Source: Methanobacterium sp.
GTDB taxonomy: Archaea; Methanobacteriota; Methanobacteria; Methanobacteriales; Methanobacteriaceae
Direction: 5' to 3'
Length of the DNA: 59,784 bases
Assembly: GCA_021372715.1 (NCBI GenBank)
Contig: JAJFTX010000045.1
Span: forward strand, 1-59,784
Under the pieces are notes generated by a model. It saw nothing but the letters and a program-made list of their open reading frames with translations. It was not told the origin of the DNA and searched no databases. Of this stretch, positions 9,557 through 21,073 are shown one piece after another. The position numbers and the translations under genes were made by a program. How positions within the stretch are numbered: position 1 is the stretch's first letter; each line of letters opens with the position of its first letter.

Positions 9557-10306
9557 CTATTCATCGAGCAGTGTTTTAAAAGTATTTTCAGCTTCATCTT
9601 CTGATGCAATCCCTACCGCCACCGAATCGATATAATCCAATGTTTTCAAATATTTAAATGCATCTTTAGGGCTTAATATGCCTGCAGCAAGTGTTTTTTT
9701 TGCAATAATAGTTTTATCTAAATTTTTTATCAGATCAGCTAATTCAGCACGTTCTTTATCCATAAAAACATCAATATCCATTAAATAACCAATATTATTA
9801 ATAGGAAGCATGTATATTTCAAATAAATCCAATACTGGAGATTTTAGAAGTTTTTTAGTAGTTCGAAAAGGGGTGTGGGTTACCAAACCAGGAAGGGAAT
9901 CATTATCTTTTATAATTTGAAGATTCTCACTAATTAAATCCCAATCACAAGTATCGGTGATAACCGCATGCAGTAGCATTACATCAGCACTCATCTGTGA
10001 AAATAATTTTATATCTTCAGTTATATTATCTGGACGTACAGTGCCGATAATGTTCAATTTATATCCCTCATCCTGGGCCCATCTAACAGCTTTAACTACT
10101 GGTGGATATGGTATCAACTGGATGCCTCTAACTCCCAGATTATAGGATTTTTTAATTATTTTAAGAATATTTTCGGGCTGATTATACAGATCCAGTTGAT
10201 AAAGACGTGCACGATGTCCGAATTGGGCTGCTGCAATGAATGGGGATGTTCCTAACTGTATTCTAGGAAATTTCCTATCTCCGAGAGTAAACTGTCCTTC
10301 AAACAT
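9557..10306 (-). CDS. Conserved hypothetical protein
   Basis: 249-aa ORF with coding-like composition. I recognised no motif. Confidence 0.5.
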   Translation of the reverse strand: MFEGQFTLGDRKFPRIQLGTSPFIAAAQFGHRARLYQLDLYNQPENILKIIKKSYNLGVRGIQLIPYPPVVKAVRWAQDEGYKLNIIGTVRPDNITEDIKLFSQMSADVMLLHAVITDTCDWDLISENLQIIKDNDSLPGLVTHTPFRTTKKLLKSPVLDLFEIYMLPINNIGYLMDIDVFMDKERAELADLIKNLDKTIIAKKTLAAGILSPKDAFKYLKTLDYIDSVAVGIASEDEAENTFKTLLDE

Positions 10307-10386
10307 AAAATAAAACTCGCTATCACTTTTTATAAAAATCTAATATAATAAAAGAAGAAAAAAATTTCTTCAAGGCAAATGAATCA

Positions 10387-10734
10387 TTATTCAATTTTAC
10401 GAGCAACTACAGCAGTACCATAGGCTAAAATCTCTTGCATAACTTCAGATATGTCATTTGAATCGTATCTAACGCTTATTATGGCATTAGCCCCGTATTC
10501 TCGGGCATGATCGATTGCTCTCTGTAATGCCTCATCTCTGGTATCTTCCATCATAGATACATATTCTTTGATCTCTCCACCGAACATGGAGCGAATTCCG
10601 GCACCGATCTGCCCTCCTACACCTCTGCTGCGAACAGTTAGACCGTAAACAAAACCTTTAGTATCGATTATTTCATATCCTGGCACATAATTTGAACTAG
10701 CAATTATGAACTCTTCCACTAAAACCATATTCAA
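10387..10734 (-). CDS. YbjQ/UPF0145 family (heavy-metal-binding domain) protein
   Basis: 115 aa. Typical YbjQ pattern (GYEI...G.V.G..V.SR....D..A.....GGE...Y......R..A...M...A...GANA). Confidence 0.8.
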   Translation of the reverse strand: MNMVLVEEFIIASSNYVPGYEIIDTKGFVYGLTVRSRGVGGQIGAGIRSMFGGEIKEYVSMMEDTRDEALQRAIDHAREYGANAIISVRYDSNDISEVMQEILAYGTAVVARKIE

Positions 10735-10893
10735 ACCTCCAAAAATTTACCTTCTAAATATATTATAATAATATATGACAATAAATTTAAATTTATTCCC
10801 ATAAAGTTGTACTGATAATTTTAAAAAATCAGAGAATATTGAAAATATAATTGTTACAGTTCTAATAAGTTTGTAAAAAAGGAGATGAATAAT

Positions 10894-12465
10894 ATGAAAG
10901 TGCTTATAGCTGATCAAATAAATGAAAAAGGAATTGATGAGCTTAAAGATATTGCAGAAGTGGTAGTTCAAACAGATATAACTAAAGAAGAGCTAATTAA
11001 TGTAATAGAAGATTTTGATGGGATAGTGGTGAGAAGCAGAACCAAGGTAACTAAAGATGTAATCGAAGCCAGCCGCAAACTCAAGATAATAGCCCGAGCC
11101 GGAGTGGGTGTGGACAATGTTGACGTAAAAGCAGCCACGGAAAAAGGAATCATGGTGGTAAACGCACCGGAATCAACTTCAATAACCGTAGCAGAACACA
11201 CTATGGGTGTTATGCTCTCATTAGCCCGTAAAATATCAATCGCAGATAAATCTGTAAAGGATGGTAAATGGGAAAAAAGCAAGTTCATGGGTACAGAATT
11301 AGCAGGTAAAACTCTTGGTGTTGTGGGGATGGGTAGGATTGGAAGTCAGGTAGTTACTAGATGCAAAGCTTTCGCCATGAAAATACTGGTTAATGACCCA
11401 TACATTACTGAAGAAGCCGCTGCCAGGTTGGGAGCTACCATCGTAGATAAAGAAACCCTATTTAAAGATGCAGACATTATTTCCATACACGTTCCCCTTA
11501 CACCAGAAACGAAACATTCCATAGGCAAGGAACAATTTGAAATGATGAACGAAAATGCTTTTATCATCAACTGCGCTCGTGGAGGAATCATAAATGAGGA
11601 AGAACTTTATGAAGCTTTATCTAAAGACATCATAGGTGGTGCGGGTCTTGATGTATTTGAAAAAGAACCTCCTGAGAATAGCCCCCTTTTAACCCTAGAT
11701 AATCTGGTTGCAACACCTCACATCGGCGCTTCCACTAAAGAAGCACAGCGCGATGCTGCCATCATAGTTGCTAAGGAGATAAAAAAAGTTCTAAGTGGAG
11801 AATCACCCCGAAATGTTATAAACATGCCAGTTTTAGATTCAGAAACTTCAATGCTCATTAAACCCTATTTTGAGCTGATGGCCAAGCTAGGTAAATTTTT
11901 AATACAAACCGCTAAAGGAAATATCAGAGAAATAGATGTTACTTATTGTGGGGAACTGGCCGATTTTCCAAAACTAGATATGTTAACCCGGATGATTCTA
12001 CAGGAAATTCTTAATCCCATACTCACAGAACCAGTAAATCTGGTAAATGCCATGGCCATAGCAGAAAATAGGGGTATAACCGTCACTGAAAGTAAAAGAT
12101 GTGAAGTTAAAGGATATGAAAGCCTAATCAGAGTGGAGATGAAGTCAGAAGGTAAAGATATAATCATTGAAGGAGTTTATGATAAGGAACCTAAAGTAGT
12201 ATTGATCAATGGCTATAGGGTGGATGTTGAAACTGAAGGTATTTTACTCATAGCCACTTATGAAGATATACCCGGCATAATAGGAGCTATAGGCACTAAA
12301 TTAGGTGAACATCTGGTAAATATAGCTAAGATGCAGGTAGGTCGGCAAGCACCTGGCGGAGAAGCCGTTATGGTGTTGAAAGTGGATCAGATAGTGCCTG
12401 AAGATGTTTTAAATGAACTAAAAAAATTAGAGCAGGTTTATGATGCGGTTTTAGTTAATTTATAA
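10894..12465 (+). CDS. serA: D-3-phosphoglycerate dehydrogenase with C-terminal ACT domain
   Basis: GxGxxG NAD site ([12 protein letters not shown]), catalytic ARGG...TPHIGAST, and long C-terminal ASB/ACT domains. Start placed at the second ATG, 8 nt after the AGGAG ribosome-binding site. Confidence 0.92.
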   Translation: MKVLIADQINEKGIDELKDIAEVVVQTDITKEELINVIEDFDGIVVRSRTKVTKDVIEASRKLKIIARAGVGVDNVDVKAATEKGIMVVNAPESTSITVAEHTMGVMLSLARKISIADKSVKDGKWEKSKFMGTELAGKTLGVVGMGRIGSQVVTRCKAFAMKILVNDPYITEEAAARLGATIVDKETLFKDADIISIHVPLTPETKHSIGKEQFEMMNENAFIINCARGGIINEEELYEALSKDIIGGAGLDVFEKEPPENSPLLTLDNLVATPHIGASTKEAQRDAAIIVAKEIKKVLSGESPRNVINMPVLDSETSMLIKPYFELMAKLGKFLIQTAKGNIREIDVTYCGELADFPKLDMLTRMILQEILNPILTEPVNLVNAMAIAENRGITVTESKRCEVKGYESLIRVEMKSEGKDIIIEGVYDKEPKVVLINGYRVDVETEGILLIATYEDIPGIIGAIGTKLGEHLVNIAKMQVGRQAPGGEAVMVLKVDQIVPEDVLNELKKLEQVYDAVLVNL

Positions 12466-12567
12466 TCCCATTAATTTCTTTTTTTATATATTACACATCT
12501 TCTTTTTATCTTTTAAGGCTATCAATTTTTTTTAAAAAATTAATAATAAAAAAAATATTTTTATTTT

Positions 12568-14391
12568 TTACAGTGTTTTGAATTGGAAGGTATAATAGTC
12601 GGTTAGACTGTTTCCTGCTGCATCAGTGACCGCTCCCGCTGGTAGGTAAACCTTATAAGTATTTTTGCTTAAACGACTGGAAGTCATTTTAAGGGTTAAA
12701 GTGTTGCCACTGATTGTTTTAGATGCGATTGAAACTATTTTACCTGTGGTTAAATTTTTAATATAGATTCCTGTGTAGTTGGGTCCTGCTTTTATGTTTT
12801 CGCTGAAGTTTATGGTTATAGGTGAGGTTAGTGAGAATCCGGTGGCGTTGTTGGTAGGGTTGGTTTTGGTTATGGTTGGTGGGGTGGTGTCGGTTGTTTG
12901 TGGTATGGTGGTGAATTTATAGCTATATACTGTAGTTAAGATGTTTCCTGCACTGTCTTTTATTGCTCCTGCTGGTATGTATACTTGATAAGTTGTGTTG
13001 TATAGTCTGCTGTTGGTTTGTGTAATGGTTAGGGTGTTGCCGCTGATGGTTTTGGTTATGCTTACATTCGCTCCGGAAGCAGTGTTTTTAACGTAGATTC
13101 CCGAGTAATTCGTACCAGCAGCTATGTTTTCGCTGAAGTTTATGGTTATGGGTGAGGTTAATGAGATTCCAGTGGCGTTGTTGGCTGGGCTGCTGGTGGT
13201 TACGGTAGGTGGTACAGTGTCAGTTTGAGTTACGGTAGTGAATTGAAAGGTGTATGGATCAATTAAGATGTTCCCGTTGATGTCTTTTATGGCACCGGCG
13301 GGTATGTAAACTTGATATGAGTTATTATATAGTCTACTACTGGTTTGATTAATAGTAAGGATGTTCCCACTTATGGTTTTTGAGGCAATGGATACTAATT
13401 TACCGGTATTAAGGTTTTTTATATATATTCCAGCGTAGTTAATTTCGCTGCTGATGTTTTCGCTGAAGGTTATGGTTATAGGTGAGGTTAGTGAAACTCC
13501 AGTGGTGTTGTTGACAGGATTACTTTTGGTTATTGAGGGCGGAGTAATATCGTTTGTAGACACACCGCCGTTAAAGTTACTAAGATAAGGACTAAATCTA
13601 AAGAGTATAATTCCATCTGAATAGGCTTTAACGGCGTTTATTTCAGCTAAGATTTCGGATTGGCTTTTTGCAACGGGATTTTGGTCGCTTTTATATGTTT
13701 CAAGTGCTATTAAGAATTTACCAGGATAAGCACTGTTTTGTGTTCTGGCGAAGAATGCTAAGTCACTGTTGTTTTGTCCATAGTCGCCAGTATAACACAT
13801 GGGGACTATATAGTCACATATGGGTGCTAATAAATCATATCTTTGTTCTCCGTCCCATCCTTGGGGTTTAACACATATGCTGAAAATTTGACCGTATGTA
13901 TCGGCTCTCATTTTAGTCAATTCAGGAATATAAGAAGCGATGTTATAGGTTTCAACATCCACCTGCAAACCCACACCATAACTTGCGACCTCCGCAGCTT
14001 GGCTGAATCCAGGAAATACCCATGCATTAAGACGTAAACCATATGAATCGAGCTTAGCTTTGATTGATGGCAAATCTGATACATAAACATAATTACCGCT
14101 GTTTTCGGTCCTCAAATATATATCAGTTACTCCGATGCTTTTCAGATAGGACCAATCGATATTATTAATTCTAGTATTAGCATCATTTGTATTGATATAA
14201 TATCCCACAATAAAATCAGATGGGCTCGATGCCTGATAACTGGTGTATGTTAACTGATTACTCGTATAATTTGTAGATAAATTCTCTTGTTCTGTTGTTA
14301 AATTCTGGATATCTGTAGCTGATACTGATCCACAAAAAACGCTTAAAATAATGATTAATATTGCTATAAGAAATAAAAAACCATTTCTCAA
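12568..14391 (-). CDS. Secreted cell-surface protein: signal peptide, glycoside-hydrolase-like TIM-barrel domain, then three SbsA/Big_5-type Ig-like repeats
   Basis: N-terminal hydrophobic signal. C-terminal half is three ~110-aa repeats, each with PPxxTxxxPxNNATGxSLTSPITINFSENI...GIYxKN...YQVYIPAGAIKD. Confidence 0.75.
   Translation of the reverse strand: MRNGFLFLIAILIIILSVFCGSVSATDIQNLTTEQENLSTNYTSNQLTYTSYQASSPSDFIVGYYINTNDANTRINNIDWSYLKSIGVTDIYLRTENSGNYVYVSDLPSIKAKLDSYGLRLNAWVFPGFSQAAEVASYGVGLQVDVETYNIASYIPELTKMRADTYGQIFSICVKPQGWDGEQRYDLLAPICDYIVPMCYTGDYGQNNSDLAFFARTQNSAYPGKFLIALETYKSDQNPVAKSQSEILAEINAVKAYSDGIILFRFSPYLSNFNGGVSTNDITPPSITKSNPVNNTTGVSLTSPITITFSENISSEINYAGIYIKNLNTGKLVSIASKTISGNILTINQTSSRLYNNSYQVYIPAGAIKDINGNILIDPYTFQFTTVTQTDTVPPTVTTSSPANNATGISLTSPITINFSENIAAGTNYSGIYVKNTASGANVSITKTISGNTLTITQTNSRLYNTTYQVYIPAGAIKDSAGNILTTVYSYKFTTIPQTTDTTPPTITKTNPTNNATGFSLTSPITINFSENIKAGPNYTGIYIKNLTTGKIVSIASKTISGNTLTLKMTSSRLSKNTYKVYLPAGAVTDAAGNSLTDYYTFQFKTL
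12571..13551 (-). repeat. Three tandem ~330-bp coding repeats (Ig-like modules) inside the surface protein gene
   Basis: Protein residues 281-391, 392-501 and 502-607 align over their full length. Repeated strings such as gttttcgctgaagtttatggttataggtgaggttagtga are visible in the DNA. Confidence 0.85.
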
Positions 14392-14516
14392 ATTTTATTC
14401 CCCCATTTTTGGAATTTTAGTATATTGATTTATTTTAATGTACTTAATTAAATTTATCTTTTTAATAAACCACTTTTTGCATTTTCTCAAAAATAAAATT
14501 AAGATATTTTACAGAA

Positions 14517-14957
14517 TTAAATAACTTTAAAATCAATTCTGTCACCAAAGCTATTATAAGCAAATATGCTATTCTCATCATAGGGTTGTGCAATTATTAA
14601 ATGGAATAAACCGTTTTTAGAGAAGAAATGCAGGTCAGCTCCTGAAGGATTACCATTATATCCTGGGTGACTGTGTACAGAACCCACTCCTTCATCAATC
14701 AAAGGCATCATAAAGACATTCATAACCGCTCCCTTATCCGAGGTTTCTCCGGGGAGAAATAAAAGTCCACTAATATGCAATACATCATCTTCGACTTTAC
14801 CCTGTAATAATGCAGCGAATTCATTTGGATAAGCCTTCCTAGCAATATTAAGCATTTCATCAACCACATCCTGGTCTATATACACTTCATGGAAGATCTT
14901 CTTATTAGTACCAAGAATATAACTCATAAAACGTTGAAATAAGCTGTGTTCTTTCAT
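14517..14957 (-). CDS. JAB1/MPN/Mov34 (JAMM) metalloprotease domain protein
   Basis: Complete JAMM motif: E (EFAALLQG) and HSHPGYNGNPSGAD (HxHx7Sx2D). Confidence 0.8.
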   Translation of the reverse strand: MKEHSLFQRFMSYILGTNKKIFHEVYIDQDVVDEMLNIARKAYPNEFAALLQGKVEDDVLHISGLLFLPGETSDKGAVMNVFMMPLIDEGVGSVHSHPGYNGNPSGADLHFFSKNGLFHLIIAQPYDENSIFAYNSFGDRIDFKVI

Positions 14958-14972
14958 ATGAATCTTTTAATG

Positions 14973-15731
14973 TCATTGATTATTTTTTAGGATTTTCCTG
15001 AAAAATTCATCATCAAAAAGAGGTAAATCCCAGTTGGTGAATGGTCTCCTTCTAGTGGTTGTGACTTCTTCTTTCTTGAGAGGATTATAACCTGCAACCT
15101 TGATAATCTTCCTATAAATACCCACACCCCTTCTTTGCCAAGCTGGTACCTCCGTAATATTGACATTCCTTCCGTATAATAATTCATGTATCTCAGGGGT
15201 TTTCTTTTTATCCAGAATCTGAGTTGCTTCGTTTTTACTGTATTTTTGACGGAGAATCCAGTAAGCATAGCCATTTAAGCAATTTCGCCATGCTTCATCC
15301 TGCCTATCTTTAAAATAAGCCACTAAACCCTCAGAATTTAGGGGAATTATTCTTGAATCGAAAGAGATAGATTTAAAGGTTTCAGATCCCTCTATACTAT
15401 TTGAAAATCGTTTATCCAGTAAAATTTGCCGGGTCAGCGCACCGCTAATAAAACTGGAAAATACTGAGTTTATTTTTTCTAAACGTCCGTTAAAAGGTAT
15501 ATCATCAAGTAAGATGTTTACTTCATCAGAGAAAGTGTATATGAAACTGGGAGAAAATTCTTGAAAAAATTCATGACAGGAAGTAATCATAGCCTTAACG
15601 AAATCCAGGTCGTAAGGTTTTTCAAGTTTAAGATTGGAGGCTAAACGGGAGAAATTCCTACCATCACAACGTATAACTATTTTAGAACCGCATGGAACTC
15701 TTAAATTGGAAAATATCTCACATTCTTTCAT
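14973..15731 (-). CDS. thg1: tRNA(His) guanylyltransferase, Thg1-like
   Basis: 252 aa. N-terminal IVIRCDGRNFSRL and FSDEVNILL motifs of the Thg1 palm domain. Confidence 0.85.
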   Translation of the reverse strand: MKECEIFSNLRVPCGSKIVIRCDGRNFSRLASNLKLEKPYDLDFVKAMITSCHEFFQEFSPSFIYTFSDEVNILLDDIPFNGRLEKINSVFSSFISGALTRQILLDKRFSNSIEGSETFKSISFDSRIIPLNSEGLVAYFKDRQDEAWRNCLNGYAYWILRQKYSKNEATQILDKKKTPEIHELLYGRNVNITEVPAWQRRGVGIYRKIIKVAGYNPLKKEEVTTTRRRPFTNWDLPLFDDEFFRKILKNNQ

Positions 15732-15835
15732 AATTATCTAACCAAATTTATTCAAATATAAAAATAATATTATGCTGGTAATAAAAAATAAAAACTTCGA
15801 ATTTAGGTTTTATTTCTATATACTTTTTATAAAAA

Positions 15836-16603
15836 TTATGTCCCTATTTTTAAATTCTCATTTAAACTTTTTAAAAGCTTAATAGCAGAATATGCAGCTA
15901 AAACACTGGTTTTAGGATTTATAGAGCATCTCATATTATGGGTGGTAGTTTTTAGCTCCCCAAAATCACCAACCATATGCACCTCATGACTGTTACGATC
16001 TACATTGGGATCGGCAATTATTTTAACATCAATTTCCTTGCCGCAGGCAATACTTAATGTAGCAGCTACATTTATATTCATAGGAAATTTAAGCACAGCA
16101 TCTTTGGATTTTCCCTCATAAAGGACTGTTTCTGTTTCAGCAGAAATTCCAAGTGATTTGGGTGGTTTACGGGTAATAAGACTAACCTGATGAATCTTAC
16201 CTATGGAAGCTGCTTTAATACCGTCCAGACCTACAATAGCTCCAGAGGGTATATATATTCTGGAATTATTTTGTTCTGCTAGTTTTTCCAGCTCATTTCT
16301 AAGATCTGAATCTATCAGAGCCCCCACACTCATTATAATGACATCTTTACCTCTATTAAGAATTTGGGGGACTATTTCCTTTACAGCCTGGGGGGAAGCG
16401 GTTTCAATAACCAGATCCACCTGATCCAGCAGATCATCGATCTTCAGTACAACTGTACCATCTACCTGAGAAGCGAGATTTTCAGCTCTCTCCATATCAC
16501 GGTCATAAAAAAATTTTAGGTCAACGCCTACTAGCTTACCTTCAGCTACAAAATTAGTGATTATATTAGCTATGGCGCCGCATCCTAATATTCCCACATT
16601 CAT
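15836..16603 (-). CDS. nadX: L-aspartate dehydrogenase
   Basis: 255 aa. N-terminal GILGCGAIA Rossmann motif and the conserved C-terminal AspDH domain (PSGAIxGLDG, NVAATL). Confidence 0.85.
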   Translation of the reverse strand: MNVGILGCGAIANIITNFVAEGKLVGVDLKFFYDRDMERAENLASQVDGTVVLKIDDLLDQVDLVIETASPQAVKEIVPQILNRGKDVIIMSVGALIDSDLRNELEKLAEQNNSRIYIPSGAIVGLDGIKAASIGKIHQVSLITRKPPKSLGISAETETVLYEGKSKDAVLKFPMNINVAATLSIACGKEIDVKIIADPNVDRNSHEVHMVGDFGELKTTTHNMRCSINPKTSVLAAYSAIKLLKSLNENLKIGT

Positions 16604-16612
16604 GGGATTCGC

Positions 16613-16939
16613 CTATTGTTGCAGGGTTGATGTCGTGGTTTCAGTCATTTCAGGACTAATAAGTAATATGTCCCCTACAGCCTGAACCCGATCATAGGGT
16701 ATGTCCATACCACCTTCTTCCTGCAGAGGTCTTATTTCATCTCTCTCCGGAACAATGTTTATGGTTGTTTTAATAACATCCCTGATGCCCACATTTTTTT
16801 TATCGGGATTACTGGCTACGGCCTTTAAGGTGGACACTCTACCTTTTTTAATATTTAAAATCACGTCATGTATTCTTCCTACATACCTTCCCCGGGTTGT
16901 GTACACGTCTAAATTATACAAATCTGATAATTCTACCAT
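16613..16939 (-). CDS. PRC-barrel domain protein
   Basis: 108 aa. LYNLDVYTTRGRYVGRIHDVILN resembles the PRC-barrel consensus. Confidence 0.65.
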   Translation of the reverse strand: MVELSDLYNLDVYTTRGRYVGRIHDVILNIKKGRVSTLKAVASNPDKKNVGIRDVIKTTINIVPERDEIRPLQEEGGMDIPYDRVQAVGDILLISPEMTETTTSTLQQ

Positions 16940-17499
16940 TCAACCACCTTTCGCCTAATTGTTGTATCTTTTATATCTTCTCCTTAAAGAAGATTGCCCT
17001 CTAAATGCACTTATATATAGATCAATCTCTGATTTTTAAAATACTAATTATAAAATTATTAATCTCCTGTACTTAAACTTTACGGGTAAGAAGGTCAATA
17101 TTATGGCTTTAAGATGTTTAATGAATAAATGATTCAAATCCAAAAATAAAAAAAAGAAAAAAAAGGTTTTTTTAGTTTAAGAATGATTCTAGGTATAAAA
17201 TCTGAGCAGTGTGTTTATTTGGATGTTTTTATACCCATCATAGACTATTTGATACGATACATTAATGGTAATATGAATAAATTATAATTACTAAATTCAG
17301 TTTATATACTTATATTAGCTTTATATATTATTTCAGAGCTAAATGAGGTTAAAAATTAAAAATTAAACTTTAAATACTTTCATTTTACAATAAATTATTT
17401 AATAAAATGGGAGAATGGTGTCTTAATATCGGTAAATCATAAACAAGTTCATTATTGGAAAATAATAAAAATAAGAGATTGATCATAGGCGGTGTTAAA

Positions 17500-18222
17500 A
17501 TGTGGGATAGCAGTAAAGACTACCGATTATTAGTGGCACAAAAATCCGTTGAACTCTTCTTAAGGACTATTGAGGGAGCAAATTTAAGGGGTAAGTGGAA
17601 TAAGAGAAAGGCTTTAACTAATGCTCAAAATATGGTTCCAGAAATACAATCACTTTATTACAGCTATTTAGATCCAAAGGAAATAGCCGAAACTACTCAG
17701 ATAAACACTTTAAAGGACCAAGCCAGAGAAATAGTCGATGCTTTAGGGGGAGATGATTGGTATCATCAATTTTTCCAACTGGTGGGAAGAGCAGAGAAAG
17801 CTAAATTAGAAGAATCCATTGCTAAAATAAAATTTTTCCTGAACATAATAAGTGGGCTTAAAAATAGACTGATTTTGGGAGAAATCAATGACCCCATAAT
17901 TGGAATCGATATTATAACCGGAATAATATCCAGTGTAGGAAAACATCCAGAGTCAGATAAATTATTAGTATGCAACGTGAATTTAGGTAGAAGAGCAATA
18001 ACTGTAGTAACCAATGATTTAACTGTTAAAGATGGTAACATGGTTGCAGTTTCATTGCTTCCACCAGCGGTATTTCAAGGGATAACAAGTGAGGGAATGT
18101 TTCTCGGAGCTGGAGAAGGAATTTTAAAAGAAGTAAAAGGGGAAATTGGTGGAATACCCAAAGGTATCCCACTGGAAGCTTTAAATGAATCACGTAATTT
18201 TGTTGAATCATTTTTAAAATAG
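17500..18222 (+). CDS. tRNA-binding (Trbp111/CsaA-like OB-fold) domain protein
   Basis: The C-terminal stretch [16 protein letters not shown]...VVTN....G..VAV matches the tRNA_bind domain pattern. I prefer the ATG at 17500 over the TTG at 17455. Confidence 0.7.
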   Translation: MWDSSKDYRLLVAQKSVELFLRTIEGANLRGKWNKRKALTNAQNMVPEIQSLYYSYLDPKEIAETTQINTLKDQAREIVDALGGDDWYHQFFQLVGRAEKAKLEESIAKIKFFLNIISGLKNRLILGEINDPIIGIDIITGIISSVGKHPESDKLLVCNVNLGRRAITVVTNDLTVKDGNMVAVSLLPPAVFQGITSEGMFLGAGEGILKEVKGEIGGIPKGIPLEALNESRNFVESFLK

Positions 18223-18275
18223 GATAATATAAATTTTAAAAATAATTTTTAATTTCATTTTTCAATCAAGTTGAA

Positions 18276-19679
18276 TTATCCTAAAATAACTAATTTAACG
18301 CGGGTCATATCTTCTATCGCGTACTTAATACCTTCTTTTCCCATTCCACTCATCTTAAACCCGCCGAATGGCATATTATCTGTCCTAAAAGTTGATTTAT
18401 TTATTAGAACAGTTCCTGCATCTATTTCTTTCACCGCTCTACGGGCTAACTTAATATTCTCTGTGAAAACACCAGCTTGAAGACCGAATTTGGTGTTATT
18501 AGCAGTTTTATAAGCTTCATCAACTCCATTAACTCTTATTATAGGTGCAACTGGTCCAAAAGTTTCATTCTGCACCAACTTCATCTTAGTAGATACATCA
18601 TCTAAAACCGTGGGCAGATAATAGTTACCATAGCGTTTACCCCCACAAAGAAGCTCTGCACCATTACTCAGGGCGTCTTTTACCATATTCTCCACATGCA
18701 GTGCAGCATTCACATCTATCAATGGTCCAATATCTGTTTTTGGATTTAAAGGATCACCAACCTTTAACTTTTTAGTCATAGATACTAATTTCTGGATAAA
18801 ATCATCTGCAATTTTATCATCTATAATTATCCTTTTAATAGCTATACAAACCTGCCCTGCATTTAAATAGGAACCCTTAACAGCAGCTGTTACAGCATCA
18901 TCTAAATTAGCGTCTTCAAGAACCACTAAAGGATCATTTCCCCCTAATTCCAGAGTAATCTTTTTCATACCTGCTTTTTTTGTTAGAGAAACACCAGTGG
19001 CTACACTACCTGTAAAGGATACTTTATTTATTAGTTCATTGGTTACTATTTCATCACCTATGATTTTACTGTCGCCAGTTAGAGAATTCACAGCACCGGC
19101 GGGTAGATGAAAATTCATTAACTCCAAAAGCTTTAAAGCTGTTAATGGTGCTTTAATAGAGGGTTTAAACACCACGGTATTTTTAGCTGCTAATGCTGGA
19201 GCTATTTTATGAATGGCCAAATTAACTGGATAATTAAAGGGAGTTATAGCACTAACCACTCCTAAAGGTATCCTGAATGTGAATCCCAAAGTGTTTTCTC
19301 CACCAATACCTGCATCAATAGGTACTGTTTCCCCATAAATTCTTTTAGATTCTTCGGCAGAAAGCATTAAAGTATCTAATGATCTTTCCATTTCCACCTT
19401 AGAATCTCTAATAGTTTTCCCGGTTTCTCTAGTTATTAATTCTGCAAATTCATCCAATTTTTCAGATAGATCGTTACGGATGTCATATAAAATTTGGGAT
19501 ATTTCACGAGAAGTCAAGGACATCATGTCTTTTTTAGCGTTTGAGGCAGCATTAATGGCATTTTTAGCATCTTGAAGGCTTCCTAAAGGCACAGTATCAA
19601 CAAAAGAGTCATCGGCAGGATTTTTTATGGTTATTTTTTCTGTTTTATCTACTGAAAATCCGTTAATCAGCATATGCAT
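18276..19679 (-). CDS. NAD(P)-dependent aldehyde dehydrogenase (lactaldehyde dehydrogenase-like)
   Basis: 467 aa. Catalytic LELGGND and GQVCIAIKR motifs. Confidence 0.88.
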   Translation of the reverse strand: MHMLINGFSVDKTEKITIKNPADDSFVDTVPLGSLQDAKNAINAASNAKKDMMSLTSREISQILYDIRNDLSEKLDEFAELITRETGKTIRDSKVEMERSLDTLMLSAEESKRIYGETVPIDAGIGGENTLGFTFRIPLGVVSAITPFNYPVNLAIHKIAPALAAKNTVVFKPSIKAPLTALKLLELMNFHLPAGAVNSLTGDSKIIGDEIVTNELINKVSFTGSVATGVSLTKKAGMKKITLELGGNDPLVVLEDANLDDAVTAAVKGSYLNAGQVCIAIKRIIIDDKIADDFIQKLVSMTKKLKVGDPLNPKTDIGPLIDVNAALHVENMVKDALSNGAELLCGGKRYGNYYLPTVLDDVSTKMKLVQNETFGPVAPIIRVNGVDEAYKTANNTKFGLQAGVFTENIKLARRAVKEIDAGTVLINKSTFRTDNMPFGGFKMSGMGKEGIKYAIEDMTRVKLVILG

Positions 19680-19780
19680 TTTTTGTTTCCTCCAAAATTC
19701 ATATAAAATTAAACTCTGAAATAAAAAGAATTTTAGATATTATATTATTTAAAAAAAGTAAGTATCTAGTTTTTTTTCTT

Positions 19781-19975
19781 TTATTGGAACTTGTTTGTCA
19801 AATTTAGTATATCGTTTGTGGTTTCATTTAGCTGAGTGCCGTTGATTTCATTTCCCAGTCCTTTAAGATAACTCTGGTATGAAATGAGAGCAACTAACGC
19901 AATTACTATTATCCCTCCAAATAGTAAAACTAGCTCCGCTGAACCCTGTGCAGTTTCATCTTCTAATAAATTCAT
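19781..19975 (-). CDS. Class III signal peptide (archaeal type IV pilin-like) protein
   Basis: 64 aa. Short charged leader, then [21 protein letters not shown] hydrophobic segment typical of prepilin-peptidase substrates. Immediately downstream of the TadB/C-like gene. Confidence 0.7.
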   Translation of the reverse strand: MNLLEDETAQGSAELVLLFGGIIVIALVALISYQSYLKGLGNEINGTQLNETTNDILNLTNKFQ

Positions 19976-19986
19976 TTTGAACTCCT

Positions 19987-20922
19987 CTAAAATCCAAATA
20001 GTAATTTTGGTGCCATTATCATTATTACATAAAATATTGCAAAGGCTCCTGGCGCCAGTAGTATGGCATATTTTATTCCTTTTTTAGCACTTCCATAAAG
20101 TACTATTCCTATTAAAATTCCAGCGATAATTGAGTGTATTATTACGTATCCTCCTGAAGAAATCATAGCTGCTCCAAGTAAAGGATTAGGTTTACCTAAT
20201 GAACCTATGAATGAAGAATAACTCATTGCCATGCCCAAAGCGAATGGGGCGGCAACTATGGCTGCTATAAGAAGGAACATAACGGACATCATCACATTAG
20301 CCCTTCTTTCACGTTTTAAGGCTAGAATAGATCTCAGATCCTCCGCTACGGTTTCAATCACATCTGATAGGCTACCACCAACTCTTCTTCCTTCTAATAT
20401 CATTCTAAAGGTTCTGTCTAAATTCTTAGATTTTAAACGTTCTCCCATTGATAATAATGCATCTTCAAAGGTGCTTCCAATTTTAATTTCAATTACAGCT
20501 CTTTTAAGCTCATCAGTTAGAGGGCCTTTCCCATGTTTGGAGATATCCTCTAAGGCTGTTTCAATTCCCACACCTGATCTTAGAAGAGAGGAGATTTGTC
20601 TTAAGAAATCAGGGGTTCCTTGTTCAATACTATCCACTCGACGTTCCATCATAAAGAATAACCAGGCAAAAACAGCTATTGCTGGGAAAAATAATCCGAT
20701 TATTCCACCTATTAGGGGGTTAATACCCACTAATGAGAATAATATGAAGACAACCACTCCCAATCCAACACCACCAATAAGAACAACTGTTAATAATTCG
20801 GAAGCTTTAACATACATACCTGCCCTTACTAAATTTTCCTGTAAACTAACCAAGTAACGGTCTGGTATGATATTATCCACTGTTCGTGAGATTGGTGCTA
20901 ATGCCGGGGGTATTATGGCCAT
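19987..20922 (-). CDS. Type II secretion system F family (TadB/TadC / FlaJ-like) pilus platform membrane protein
   Basis: 311 aa. Cytoplasmic T2SSF-like helical domain flanked by transmembrane segments. Confidence 0.75.
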   Translation of the reverse strand: MAIIPPALAPISRTVDNIIPDRYLVSLQENLVRAGMYVKASELLTVVLIGGVGLGVVVFILFSLVGINPLIGGIIGLFFPAIAVFAWLFFMMERRVDSIEQGTPDFLRQISSLLRSGVGIETALEDISKHGKGPLTDELKRAVIEIKIGSTFEDALLSMGERLKSKNLDRTFRMILEGRRVGGSLSDVIETVAEDLRSILALKRERRANVMMSVMFLLIAAIVAAPFALGMAMSYSSFIGSLGKPNPLLGAAMISSGGYVIIHSIIAGILIGIVLYGSAKKGIKYAILLAPGAFAIFYVIMIMAPKLLFGF

Positions 20923-21073
20923 CCTTTCAACTCGTATATTATATCAGTATATATTATATCTTATTTTTAACTTATATTAATATTTATCCTATGAACGAGT
21001 CATATTTCATATTATAAGTTGAAATATTACTTTTTTATAGTGCAGGATTATAAAAACATTGGTTTTTCCTGGT

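Noticed and set aside
10747-10971. 74-aa minus-strand ORF upstream of and overlapping the serA start
   Set aside because: Extremely AT-rich, with Ile/Phe/Tyr/Lys-dominated translation. It spans the serA promoter and start codon, so it is most likely a chance ORF.
14987-15274. 95-aa same-strand alternative-frame ORF inside thg1
   Set aside because: It is fully embedded in the Thg1 reading frame, which has the family motifs. No independent start signals.
20231-20857. 208-aa plus-strand ORF (also 29846..30550, 31325..31975, 656..859, 1040..1327, 35163..35429 and many other track ORFs)
   Set aside because: Each lies entirely antisense inside a longer ORF with clear family motifs. Their translations are low-complexity (Ser/Ile/Pro-rich) shadows with no ribosome-binding site. 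Treated as non-coding.
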